DNA of 48,582 nucleotides from Cyanobacteria bacterium P01_E01_bin.6 (GTDB lineage: Bacteria; Cyanobacteriota; Cyanobacteriia; CAKZMO01): positions 1 to 48,582 of the forward strand of contig JBCCWF010000003.1 of NCBI GenBank assembly GCA_039194035.1, given 5' to 3'. Shown piece by piece: positions 40,101 to 48,582 of this stretch. The position numbers were made by a program, and so were the translations under genes. Within the stretch, counting starts at the first letter, position 1, and each line of letters begins with the position of its first letter. A model generated the notes under the pieces. That model was not told where the DNA came from. It saw nothing but the letters and a program-made list of their open reading frames with translations, and searched no databases.

Positions 40101-41837
40101 ATTTATACCCTCAATCCGCGATCGCCTGAGAATTATGCTGCCTTAATTGCTGCTCTTGTCGCATCCAGTCAAACGCCCCAGATCATCGCTCACCTCTGGA
40201 GTGTCACCAATCGCGATCAAGTCTACGCTTCTCCGCCAGTGTTTGAACAAGCTCAGCATCTAGGCTACTATAGCCTGCTTTACTTAGCACAGGCTTTAGG
40301 GAACCACCATCTCAAACAACCTATACAGATTGGGGCAATCTCTAGCAATATGCAGGAAGTCATCGGTGAGAAGATGATCTGCCCAGAAAAAGCGTCCATT
40401 CTAGGTCCCTGCACAGTGATTCCCCAGGAATATTCTCATATTGCCTGCCGCAGTATTGATATTGCCCTACCTCTGGCAGAGCCTGAAACTGAGCAATTGA
40501 TCGATTTAATCATTGCAGAACTGTTAACCTCCTGCACAGACGCTGTTGTTGCTTATCGTGGTCAGCACCGATGGAGCCAAACGTTTGAGTCCATTCGCTT
40601 AGAAGCGACCCCGCCTGTGAAAACTCGACTGAGATCGGGTGGCGTTTATGTGATTACAGGTGGTTTAGGGGGCGTCGGCTTAGCGGTAGCAACCCATTTA
40701 GCACGTACCGTGAAAGCGAAGTTAGTGTTGCTCAGTCGTTCCGACTTCCCTCACCGTCATCAATGGCAACAGTGGATAGACACTCACGACTCTAGCAATC
40801 AGGTGAGTGACAAAATTCGTCAACTGCAAGCGATCGAAGCACTGGGTGCAGAAGTGCTGATAGTCAATGCCGATGTGACTGATCTAGCCCAGATGCAGGC
40901 AGTTGTGGAGCAAGCCTCTCAGCGGTTTGGTCAAATTCATGGTGTGTTTCATACCGCAGGGATTCCAGGGGGAGGATTAATTCAACTCAAAACTCCAGAA
41001 ACAGTAACCGGAAACTTAGCTCCTAAAGGCATGGGAACCCTGGTGCTGGATGCGGTTTTCAAAGACATTCCCCTGGATTTTCTGGTTCTGTTTTCATCAC
41101 ACGGCTCGTTTCGCAGTGCGTTTGGTCAGGTAGACTATTGTGCTGCCAATGCTTTTCTTGATGCTTTTGCACACTACAAGCGCTTTAACCGAGAAGGGTC
41201 AACCGTCTCTGTTAACTGGGATAGATGGCAAAGTTTGGGAATGGCTGTGGATGTTGAAGCGCGGCATAAAGCGCTGACTGGAGAGGATTTGCCTGCTGGA
41301 ATGAATCCAGAGGAGGGGGTTGAAGCCTTGAGTCGAATTTTGGCAATCAATATCCCTCAAATTGTGGTATCAACCTATGATTTCCTAGAGCGGATTACAC
41401 AGCAAAATGCAGTCAAAACCCAAGCTGATGCAGAGTCTCTAGAAAACGCGAACCTACCGAAGTCACTTCATTCAAGACCCGAATTGAATAACACGTATGT
41501 CGCTCCTCGAGATGCTATTGAACAAGCTGTTACTGAGATTTGGCAAGAGTGCCTTGGCATTGAGCAGATTGGTATTTATGACGATTTCTTTGAATTAGGT
41601 GGAGACTCTTTGTTAGCACTGTCATTAGTTGCATCGCTAAGAAAGTCATTCAAGTTAGACCTGCCTTTGAATGAACTATTCAATGCTTCTAACCCTGCTG
41701 CGCTATCTCAGGTCATCGTTGCGAATGAAGCAAAACCTGGACAAACTGAAAAGATTGCTCAAGTTCTTCACAAAATCAGGGGAATGTCTGACGAGGCAAT
41801 CAAGCAGGCACTTGAGTTAAAGAAAAAAGGTGAATAG
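37188..41837 (+). CDS. PKS: KS-AT(malonyl)-KR-ACP
   Basis: KS QGACATS/HGTGT; AT GQGAQY, GHSIG, HAFH; KR GGLGGVG and DYCAAN without LDD; ACP GGDSL. ATG at 37188 follows an AGGAG RBS. Confidence 0.95.
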   Translation: MNHSEVFSGNEIAVIGISGRFPGAKNLEKFWQNLKDGRSSISFFTDEELKAAGVTPAALDNSNYVKAGSTLEEIELFDASFFNISPREAEIIDPQHRLFLECAWEALEDAGYNPENYSGRIGVYAGVSRSYYFMYNLSKNRNALDSLDPLELVLATEKDYLVTRVSYKLNLKGPGIVVQGACATSLIAIHLACQSLLNGESDINLAGGVTIASERTGYYYQDGGILSPDGHCRVFDAKAQGTIPGNGLGIVVLKRLEDALAEGDSIHAVIKGSAVNNDGSVKVGYTAPSVNGQASVIAEALAVSEVDADTVTYVETHGTGTPLGDPIEIAALTQAFRAYSNRKGYCAVGSLKSNVGHMDSAAGVGSLIKTVLALKHRLIPSSLNFDQPNPNIDFTNSPFYVNTTLTDWETNGMPRRAGVSSFGFGGTNAHAILQEAPIAEESGASRPWQLFVVSAKTNSALETATANLADHFKRHPNLNCADVAYTLQIGRKAFKHRRILVCQNAEDAIQALETPQQRVTSCCQSSGQSLVFMFPGQGAQYVNMAKDLYETEPNFTAQVDQCCSLLTSHLGLDLRSILYPDEAQAEAAQHQLKQTQITQSALFVISYALAKLWMSWGIHPTAMIGHSIGEYVAACLAGVFSLEDALRLVAVRGRMMQEQPSGSMLSVNLPASKVDALLAEGLSLASSNSPSRCVVSGSVEAIEAFRQQLATTGIDARCLQTSHAFHSQSMDSILEPFAEHIKTINLNAPKIPFISNVTGTWIKAEDATDPSYWATHLRQPVLFSEGIQELLKEPDHLLLEVGPGRTLCTLVKQQSHLIAERVVLSSLRHPQEHQSDVAFLLLSLGRLWLAGVNVDWSGFSAQEQRHRVPLPTYPFERQRHWISPDVPDSTHAPTILNKNPDIGDWFYLPSWQRSIPPGSLQPIDLNGDRRCWLVFTDECGIAANLVKRLKLQNQAVVQVMVGETFAQVSADIYTLNPRSPENYAALIAALVASSQTPQIIAHLWSVTNRDQVYASPPVFEQAQHLGYYSLLYLAQALGNHHLKQPIQIGAISSNMQEVIGEKMICPEKASILGPCTVIPQEYSHIACRSIDIALPLAEPETEQLIDLIIAELLTSCTDAVVAYRGQHRWSQTFESIRLEATPPVKTRLRSGGVYVITGGLGGVGLAVATHLARTVKAKLVLLSRSDFPHRHQWQQWIDTHDSSNQVSDKIRQLQAIEALGAEVLIVNADVTDLAQMQAVVEQASQRFGQIHGVFHTAGIPGGGLIQLKTPETVTGNLAPKGMGTLVLDAVFKDIPLDFLVLFSSHGSFRSAFGQVDYCAANAFLDAFAHYKRFNREGSTVSVNWDRWQSLGMAVDVEARHKALTGEDLPAGMNPEEGVEALSRILAINIPQIVVSTYDFLERITQQNAVKTQADAESLENANLPKSLHSRPELNNTYVAPRDAIEQAVTEIWQECLGIEQIGIYDDFFELGGDSLLALSLVASLRKSFKLDLPLNELFNASNPAALSQVIVANEAKPGQTEKIAQVLHKIRGMSDEAIKQALELKKKGE

Positions 41838-41855
41838 TTATTCAGAACAAAGTCT

Positions 41856-41986
41856 ATAAGTAACATTACCAATCCAATTGCTAACTTTTCTACGGAAAAG
41901 ATTGCTCACCTGGAAAAAAAATTAAGAAAGCTCAGGCACCACCGATTTTGCCGATTTCAAGAAACCGAAACTTGCCGCTGTCTTTC
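41856..41986 (+). pseudogene. Vestigial 5' end of a deleted NRPS gene
   Basis: Reads (ATA)SNITNPIANFSTEKIAHLEKKLR, then after a 1-nt shift KAQAPPILPISRNRNLPLSF. This matches a docking helix plus the linker and start of a condensation-domain C1 motif (LPLSFAQ). Confidence 0.7.
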
Positions 41987-42074
41987 CGTGTTACAAAGCC
42001 TAGTTTTAATTGCAAACTTTTCTAGACTATTTCAACCACAAAGCTACCAATAGAATTACCCAAAGGGAGCTAAC

Positions 42075-45000
42075 ATGAGTTTTAAGAATCATGCAACCCA
42101 AGTTGAACATTCCAATGAACAGCAGGAGTTACTGTCTCAGTTATTAAAAGAAGAAGGAGTTGAACTTGAATCAGTGTCTCAACTCCCACCATTAATACCT
42201 GATTTGAATAATCGGTATCAGTCTTTTCCGCTCACTGATATGCAGCAAGCCTACTGGATCGGTAGAGACAGTTTTTATGACATGGGCAATGTGGCGATTC
42301 ACAGCTACACAGAAATTGAAAGCGCTGATTTAGATCTGGAGCGGTTCAAGCTAGCATGGCATCGGCTCATTGAGCGGCATGACATGTTGCGGGCAGTTGT
42401 GTTGCCCGATGGTCAACAGCAGATTTTCAAAGAAATCCCACCCTATGAAATTTCAGTGCAGGATCTGCGAGGGCTTGATCCCAGTACTGTAGAGGCAGAA
42501 CTGATCGGACTACGCGATCGCCTCTCTCATCAGGTGATGTCGCTTGAACAGTGGCCTCAGTTTGAGGTTAGAGCATCTCTATTAGGGACAGGACGCACCA
42601 GACTGCATATTAGTATCGATGGTTGGTGTATCGACGGTTGGAGTTATCAAATTCTATTTCAGGATTTAGCCGAGTTTTATCAAAACCCAACGACTTCCCG
42701 CCCTGACTTTGAAATCTCATTCCGAGATTATGTGATTGCGGAGGTTGCCCGGCAAGAGACTGAAATTTATCAGCGATCGATCGCTTACTGGCGAGATCGA
42801 CTACAGACTCTACCGCCCGCACCAGAGCTGCCTCTGGCTCAAAACCCGGCTTCTCTTACCCAGCCCCACTTTCTCCGTCGATCTGACCGCTTGCAACCAG
42901 AAACCTGGCAGCAGCTAAAAACTAGAGCCTCCAAAGCCGGACTGACTCCGACCGGGGTTTTACTGGCTGCCTATGCTCAAGTGCTATCACTCTGGAGCAG
43001 AAGTCAAAAGTTTACCATCAATGTTCCTCGGTTCAACCGTTTGCCCTTACACGATCAGGTCAACCATTTGGTGGGAGAGTTTGCCTCCTTTACGCTGCTT
43101 GAAGTCGATTATTCTGAACAAGCATCCTTTGAGTCCAGAGCAAAGCGCATTCAGGAACAACTGTGGCAAGACCTGGAACACCAATATGTTAGCGGTGTGC
43201 GAGTACTGCGCGAGCTAACACAGGCTCAGAGACGGGGAGCTGGAACCACAATGCCGATCGTATTCACAAACCTCCCTCAAAACGTAGATGGTCAGAACTC
43301 CTCTCCAGACGTCCATCTCAGGGCAATAGGAGATGTGGTTTACAGCATCGCCCAAACTCCTCAAGTCTGGCTTGATTTTCACTACATTGTGGAAACAGGT
43401 GGTGCGTTACTGTTCAGCTGGGATTCGGTAGAGGAACTGTTTCCCACTGGGATGCTAGACGAAATGTTTGCCACCTACTGCCAACTGCTGAACGCCCTCG
43501 CCACTGAAGAAAGCACCTGGAGTACGCCTCAGCTATGCCTCCTGCCGCCTAACCAGCAGCAGCAACGCGCCACTATCAACGCCACCACTGCTGATATTCC
43601 CCACACCTGCCTCTCCCGCCTGCTTGCCCCGCAATTCCAGCAGCACCCCCACCAACCCGCTGTCATCACCCCCACTCATACCCTCACTTACCAGCACCTC
43701 AACCATCAGGTAGAGCACCTCGCTCACCAGTTGCATACTCTGGGCGTGCGTCCCAACACCCTAGTAGCCGTGGTCATGGACAAAGGCTGGGAGCAGGTCG
43801 TCGCTGTGTTGGGCATTCTCAGATCTGGTGCCGCTTACCTGCCGATTGACCCACAGGTGCCCCCTGAGCGCTTGCACTATCTGCTTGGCAATGCTCAGGT
43901 GCAAGTCGTGCTCACCCAAACCTGGCTCAACCTGAGCTTCCCTAAGTCGTTGATGATCGAGCGACTGTTCCTCGACACGGCGGTCTACCCTAGCGAGAGT
44001 GCCCCACCGTTACCCTGGGTCAACCAACCGGAGGACTTAGCCTATGTCATCTACACCTCCGGTTCGACTGGCAAGCCCAAAGGAGTGATGATTACCCATC
44101 GCAGTGTGGTCAATCTGGTGACTACTACCAATCAGCGCTTTGACATCGGCAGCAGTGACCGAGTGTTGGCACTGACCGCCCTGCATCACGACCTGTCGGT
44201 TTATGACCTCTTTGGTCTCTTAGCCGCCGGAGGCACCCTTGTCATGCCTGCAGCTAGTGGGGTGAAAGACCCGGCTCACTGGTTGGATGTGATGATGCAG
44301 CAGCAGATTACTCTGTGGAACTCGGTGCCTGCCATGATGGAGATGCTGGTCGAACACGTGGCTGACCGTTCGGTTGAGCAATTGGAGCATTTGCGGCTGA
44401 CGATTTTGGGCGGTGACTGGTTGCCAGTGACTTTGCCAGAGCGTCTCCGACGTTTGGCTCCCGCCACTCGAGTTCTCAGTATTGGGGGTCCGACTGAGAC
44501 AACGGTGTGGAACATTAGTTATTTGGTAGAAACTGTTGAGCCCGATTGGCAGAGTATTCCCTACGGCAACCCCATGGCTAATGCCCAGTACTTCATTTTC
44601 AACGAAGTATTAGAGGACTGCCCCACATGGGTAGCGGGGGAGATGTATTGTGCGGGAGCTGGTCTGGCTCAGGGGTACTGGCGAGACCCAGATAAGACGC
44701 AGTCTAAATTTATAGAGCATCCGCGCACTAGGGAGCGACTCTATCGTACAGGTGATCTAGGTCGCTACTTACCTAACGGCAATATTGAGTTTTTAGGGCG
44801 TGTGGACTTTCAACTAAAGTTACGGGGACATCGGATTGAGCCGGGAGAAATTGAAGCTGTACTGCGACAGCATCCAGACATTAAAGAAGCCATTGTGACG
44901 ATGGCAGGCGAAGATGAGAGGCATCAGCAACTGATGGCATATGTTATTGCTAACCAAGACTCATCATCCGATCTATTTGACGTTGAAGAGACCTCTATAA

Positions 45001-47306
45001 ATGATATTACTCGATGTTGGAATGCCTTTGTTTATGCGGGTCAACAACAAGCTCAAAAGGGTCAAGAAGAAGTTGATCTGAAAGCTTTGTCAACGGTTCG
45101 GCAGCACTTAGAAGACTTGAGCGTCGCCTATATGTGTCGTACTTTGACTCGGTTGGGTGTCTATCTTCAGCCTGGAGAGAAGCATTCTTTAGATGATTTG
45201 ATTCATGAGTATAAAATCCAACCGCGCTACCGAAATCTAATTAAACAATGGCTCAGTACCCTTACTAAAGAAGGCTTATTACAGCAGCAAGGAGACGATC
45301 TTACAAATCCCTCTCCTTTATCAGCAACCTCAGTAGATGATATCTGGGAGCGCCTCAAACCCTACGCGAGTATGGATGATGCTACAGAAAAACTGTTTCT
45401 GTATACCCAACGCAGCGGTGATAATCATGTGGCACTGCTAAAGGGTGAGATAGATCCGCTAGAGTTATTTTTCTTCGAGGGGACTACTGAAACGACAGAA
45501 AGTTTGTATCAAAACCATCCTGCTGCAAACTACTTCAACAAAATTGCGGGCGAAGTATTGAGGGCGATAGTCAACAATTGGGATTCAGAAAAACCCTTAC
45601 GGATTTTAGAAATAGGGGCAGGTACAGGCGGGACAACGACTTCGCTACTCCCGGTCTTACCTCCCCATCAGGTTACCTATCTTTACACGGACGTAACCAC
45701 GTTTTTCATCAATAAGGCGCGTGAAAAGTTCAAGGAATACTCTTTTGTCGAATATGGCATCTTAGATATCGATGAAAACCCTCAACGTCAAGGGTATCAG
45801 CTGCATGACTTTGATATCATCATTTCCTCTAATGTGTTGCACGATGCCCACAATCTGTATAAGACATTACCCTACATGCGATCGCTATTAACCCCTAGTG
45901 GGTTGTTCTTAATTATTGAGGCGACTCGATATGATCGCCAGAGCATGACCACGATTGGGTTTATCGAGGGCTTAAGCCATCTCGAAGATATACGGGCAGA
46001 ATCGGAGCTGCCATTTCTATCGTTGGAACAATGGCAGAGAAGCTTAGAGGATAGTGGGTTTGAAAAGTCTGTCTTTTTCCCCGCTATCGATTCTCCCACT
46101 CAGATTTTGGGCGAACATGTGATTGTGGCTCAGGCTCCTGCCACCATACAAAAATTTAATTCCAATCAGTTGCATCATTTCCTACAGGGCATATTGCCTG
46201 AATATATGTTGCCCTCTACCTATATTCCATTGGAGACCTTTCCCCTGACAGCGAACGGTAAAGTAGATCGACAGGCGCTCTCTGCCCTTAAACAAAGCAA
46301 ACTTGACTCAGGCAAACCTTTTGTTGCTCCCCGAAATCCATTAGAGGAGACACTAGCAGAAATTTGGAAGCAGGTCTTAAAGGTTGAACGTGTTGGTATT
46401 TACGATGGTTTCTTTGAGTTGGGAGGTGATTCCTTATTAGGAATTCAGGTAATTTCTAAAGCCAATCAGCAGGAAATTGACTTGAAGCCGCGACAAATTC
46501 TTCAGTATCCCACCATTGCTGAATTAGCTTCACTGGTTGTGAGAGAGAGCACATCTCAATCCGCAAAGCATGATGCTTCTTCTGATTCACTTGTAGCAAT
46601 CAAGCCTAATGGTTCTAAAAAACCCCTGTTCTGCATTCATTCATCGAGTGGAAGTGCTGATTCTTTCATACAACTATCTCGATTGATCGATTCAGAGCAA
46701 CCTTTATATGGATTGCAGTCGAGGGGATTTGATCGTGTATATGGATTGCAGTCAAGGGAATTTGATCGTGAACTCGCGCCCATTCTCACAATTGAAGAAA
46801 TGGCAGCTCATTACATTAAAGCTATTCAGACTATTCAGCCTACAGGACCTTATTACTTATGTGGTTGGTCTATGGGAGGAATTGTTGCTTATGAAATGGC
46901 TCAACAATTGCAAAGGGATAAACAGAAAGTTGGGTTTCTTGCTCTATTAGATATCATGGCGGACAATTGTGAGCAGCAGTTAGCAGCTCTCAGTAGCCAA
47001 ACGAAAACAAATGAATCGATCGCTGAGGTGCTGTCAACCTCTCAAGCAAATGCAGCGTTTAGTGTAAGCCAGGGTAACATCCAAGCCATGCTGAACTACA
47101 CACTACAAATTTATCCAGGCAAAATCACACTGATCAAAGCAACTGAACAACCTTCAGGTATTTCCTCAAACCCCGATTTCGGCTGGCATAAATATGCTCA
47201 GAGCGGCGTAGAAGTTCACGAAGTACCAGGCGATCATTTTTCCATCATGACCACTCCATATGTGAAAGATTTGGCGAAGAGGCTTAACTTTTGTCTAACA
47301 AAGTAA
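42075..47306 (+). CDS. Terminal NRPS 3: Cy - A (interrupted by MT) - PCP - TE
   Basis: Cy FPLTDMQQAY and DGWCID; A core motifs; MT LEIGAGTGG...NVLH inserted late in the A domain; PCP GGDSL; TE GWSMGG...LLD...GDH. Confidence 0.95.
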   Translation: MSFKNHATQVEHSNEQQELLSQLLKEEGVELESVSQLPPLIPDLNNRYQSFPLTDMQQAYWIGRDSFYDMGNVAIHSYTEIESADLDLERFKLAWHRLIERHDMLRAVVLPDGQQQIFKEIPPYEISVQDLRGLDPSTVEAELIGLRDRLSHQVMSLEQWPQFEVRASLLGTGRTRLHISIDGWCIDGWSYQILFQDLAEFYQNPTTSRPDFEISFRDYVIAEVARQETEIYQRSIAYWRDRLQTLPPAPELPLAQNPASLTQPHFLRRSDRLQPETWQQLKTRASKAGLTPTGVLLAAYAQVLSLWSRSQKFTINVPRFNRLPLHDQVNHLVGEFASFTLLEVDYSEQASFESRAKRIQEQLWQDLEHQYVSGVRVLRELTQAQRRGAGTTMPIVFTNLPQNVDGQNSSPDVHLRAIGDVVYSIAQTPQVWLDFHYIVETGGALLFSWDSVEELFPTGMLDEMFATYCQLLNALATEESTWSTPQLCLLPPNQQQQRATINATTADIPHTCLSRLLAPQFQQHPHQPAVITPTHTLTYQHLNHQVEHLAHQLHTLGVRPNTLVAVVMDKGWEQVVAVLGILRSGAAYLPIDPQVPPERLHYLLGNAQVQVVLTQTWLNLSFPKSLMIERLFLDTAVYPSESAPPLPWVNQPEDLAYVIYTSGSTGKPKGVMITHRSVVNLVTTTNQRFDIGSSDRVLALTALHHDLSVYDLFGLLAAGGTLVMPAASGVKDPAHWLDVMMQQQITLWNSVPAMMEMLVEHVADRSVEQLEHLRLTILGGDWLPVTLPERLRRLAPATRVLSIGGPTETTVWNISYLVETVEPDWQSIPYGNPMANAQYFIFNEVLEDCPTWVAGEMYCAGAGLAQGYWRDPDKTQSKFIEHPRTRERLYRTGDLGRYLPNGNIEFLGRVDFQLKLRGHRIEPGEIEAVLRQHPDIKEAIVTMAGEDERHQQLMAYVIANQDSSSDLFDVEETSINDITRCWNAFVYAGQQQAQKGQEEVDLKALSTVRQHLEDLSVAYMCRTLTRLGVYLQPGEKHSLDDLIHEYKIQPRYRNLIKQWLSTLTKEGLLQQQGDDLTNPSPLSATSVDDIWERLKPYASMDDATEKLFLYTQRSGDNHVALLKGEIDPLELFFFEGTTETTESLYQNHPAANYFNKIAGEVLRAIVNNWDSEKPLRILEIGAGTGGTTTSLLPVLPPHQVTYLYTDVTTFFINKAREKFKEYSFVEYGILDIDENPQRQGYQLHDFDIIISSNVLHDAHNLYKTLPYMRSLLTPSGLFLIIEATRYDRQSMTTIGFIEGLSHLEDIRAESELPFLSLEQWQRSLEDSGFEKSVFFPAIDSPTQILGEHVIVAQAPATIQKFNSNQLHHFLQGILPEYMLPSTYIPLETFPLTANGKVDRQALSALKQSKLDSGKPFVAPRNPLEETLAEIWKQVLKVERVGIYDGFFELGGDSLLGIQVISKANQQEIDLKPRQILQYPTIAELASLVVRESTSQSAKHDASSDSLVAIKPNGSKKPLFCIHSSSGSADSFIQLSRLIDSEQPLYGLQSRGFDRVYGLQSREFDRELAPILTIEEMAAHYIKAIQTIQPTGPYYLCGWSMGGIVAYEMAQQLQRDKQKVGFLALLDIMADNCEQQLAALSSQTKTNESIAEVLSTSQANAAFSVSQGNIQAMLNYTLQIYPGKITLIKATEQPSGISSNPDFGWHKYAQSGVEVHEVPGDHFSIMTTPYVKDLAKRLNFCLTK
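46705..46770 (+). repeat. 33-bp in-frame tandem duplication in the TE domain
   Basis: TATATGGATTGCAGTCGAGGGGATTTGATCGTG followed by TATATGGATTGCAGTCAAGGGAATTTGATCGTG (2 mismatches), giving YGLQSRGFDRV-YGLQSREFDRE. Confidence 0.92.
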
Positions 47307-47418
47307 CTCGCTTTGAGTCATTCATACTAACTAGCCCGCTTCGCTTCAAAAAACGTTTGGTGCTTTTAAAGTGATAAATAGCCATTGCTGAAAGATCTCA
47401 GACTTTGATACTAATAAG

Positions 47419-47648
47419 ATGGAGATTACTGCCATTCTGCGTCGCCGTCTGCAAGCAGTGGATGATGCTTTCTACATCACTATCACTCGCACCCAAACGG
47501 TGGAGAAATTAGTCATACGACTCCTCACGATCTGGCTCGAATGTTGTGTACGACGCAAGGAATGGCATTGATTGGTCGAGTTCTAGATAGTGAAACGTTG
47601 TTGAAAAGCATTGTGGAATCGACGATCGCCCTGCACAAGTCAGTCTAA
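47419..47648 (+). pseudogene. C-terminal remnant of a TetR/AcrR-family regulator
   Basis: MEITAILRRRLQAVDDAFYITITRTQT, then a frameshift, then GEISHTTPHDLARMLCTTQGMALIGRVLDSETLLKSIVESTIAL. No HTH domain is visible. TetR followed by an SDR is a common gene pair. Confidence 0.6.
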
Positions 47649-47713
47649 AATTTTTATCTTATTTTATTTAGACCGATCGGCTTAGTTTTTTTCATCGACA
47701 AGGAGATACAGCA

Positions 47714-48463
47714 ATGGCACGTTTGAATGGTAAGACGGCTGTGATTACTGGAGGTACGACCGGAATTGGGTTTGAAACGGCTAAACGGTTTGTCGCGGAA
47801 GGGGCAAGGGTCATCATTACTGGACAGAATGCAGAGCGTTTGCAAGCGGCTGCCAAAAAGCTGGGTTCCAATGTGATTCCAGTTCAAGCAGATGTGCGAT
47901 CGCTTGCAGATCTAGGCGTTCTGGCGGAACGAGTCAAATCAGAATTCGATCGACTAGATATTTTGTTTGCCAATGCTGGAATTGGCTACTTTGCCCCACT
48001 GGAACAAGTCGATGAGGCTTTTTACGACAATCAGTTTGACATTAATGTGAAGGGGGTATTCTTCACAGTGCAAAAGCTAGTCGGCTTGTTGAATGAGGGA
48101 GCCAGCGTTATTTTGAATGCTTCCGCCGGCAATGAGAAAGGAGTGGCAAGGGGGAGTATTCATTTTGCGACAAAAGCAGCCGTGCGGTCTCTGGCACGAT
48201 CGCTTGCGGCAGAACTTGGCTCTAGAAGAATACGGGTCAATGCCCTGAGTCCTGGTATTGTCCGGACTAACTTTCAAGACAAATTGGGCCTGCCACAAGT
48301 AGCAGTCGATGTATTGATCGACTCCGTTACGCAAATAGCCCCTCTGAGGCGAGAAGGACAGCCACAAGAGATTGCAAATGCTGCTCTCTTTTTGGCGAGT
48401 GCCGAGTCTTCTTACATCACTGCCGCTGATCTTGCTGTCGATGGTGGCTATATGAATGTATAA
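47714..48463 (+). CDS. Short-chain dehydrogenase/reductase (SDR); the catalytic Tyr position reads His
   Basis: TGGTTGIG, FANAG, RVNALSPG and VDGG motifs; YxxxK reads HFATK; AAGGAG RBS. Confidence 0.9.
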   Translation: MARLNGKTAVITGGTTGIGFETAKRFVAEGARVIITGQNAERLQAAAKKLGSNVIPVQADVRSLADLGVLAERVKSEFDRLDILFANAGIGYFAPLEQVDEAFYDNQFDINVKGVFFTVQKLVGLLNEGASVILNASAGNEKGVARGSIHFATKAAVRSLARSLAAELGSRRIRVNALSPGIVRTNFQDKLGLPQVAVDVLIDSVTQIAPLRREGQPQEIANAALFLASAESSYITAADLAVDGGYMNV

Positions 48464-48582
48464 CCACCTATTTAGACGTATATAGAAATTAAACAAGGTG
48501 CGAATCGCAAGGGCAGGTTGTCATTTCTACCGACGATTTTTTGTAGAGCCTTGAGGTTTTTCGGATTGGACTAGCGAGGGCA

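Larger units (their letters stand above)
1955..47306. other. Divergent hybrid FAAL/PKS/NRPS biosynthetic gene cluster
   Basis: Two tightly coupled operons that share a single starter system (left) and a single TE (right end), with a compatible chain of docking domains. Confidence 0.88.

Noticed and set aside
2000-48300. Frequent GCGATCGC palindromes
   Set aside because: This is the ordinary cyanobacterial HIP1 octamer, useful only as a taxonomic clue.
1955-48496. Dozens of short antisense or alternate-frame ORFs in the ORF track
   Set aside because: They lie within long, motif-rich PKS/NRPS genes and show no recognisable domains.

Overview
This window is cyanobacterial DNA, with many HIP1 octamers (GCGATCGC). 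It is almost entirely one ~45-kb hybrid PKS-NRPS biosynthetic gene cluster split into two divergent operons and bordered by decayed IS elements. The left operon (minus strand, 18034->1955) encodes a FAAL, an inactivated JamB-like desaturase, an ACP, a cytochrome P450 and three single-module PKSs (KS-AT-ACP; KS-AT-KR-ACP; KS-dead AT-atypical DH-ACP), with no thioesterase. The right operon (plus strand, 19432->47306) encodes a Cy-A-PCP NRPS, a KS-AT-MT-KR-ACP PKS, a four-gene hydroxymalonyl-ACP cassette (FkbK/J/I/H-like, no FkbG), a second Cy-A-PCP NRPS, a stand-alone methyltransferase, a KS-AT-KR-ACP PKS and a terminal Cy-A-MT-PCP-TE NRPS. My best inference is that the left operon lays out a 6-alkylsalicylate program over three modules and hands the aryl starter, through a beta-hairpin docking domain, to a tri-azoline line that uses a rare glycolate extender. 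That would give a probably undescribed aryl-azoline metallophore-like product. The cluster shows recent remodelling: a desaturase with three lesions, a vestige of a deleted NRPS gene, an apparently excised MT domain, an IS6 in the divergent promoter region and a MITE nested in an IS1182 relic. All assignments come from reading motifs by eye; no database searches were run.
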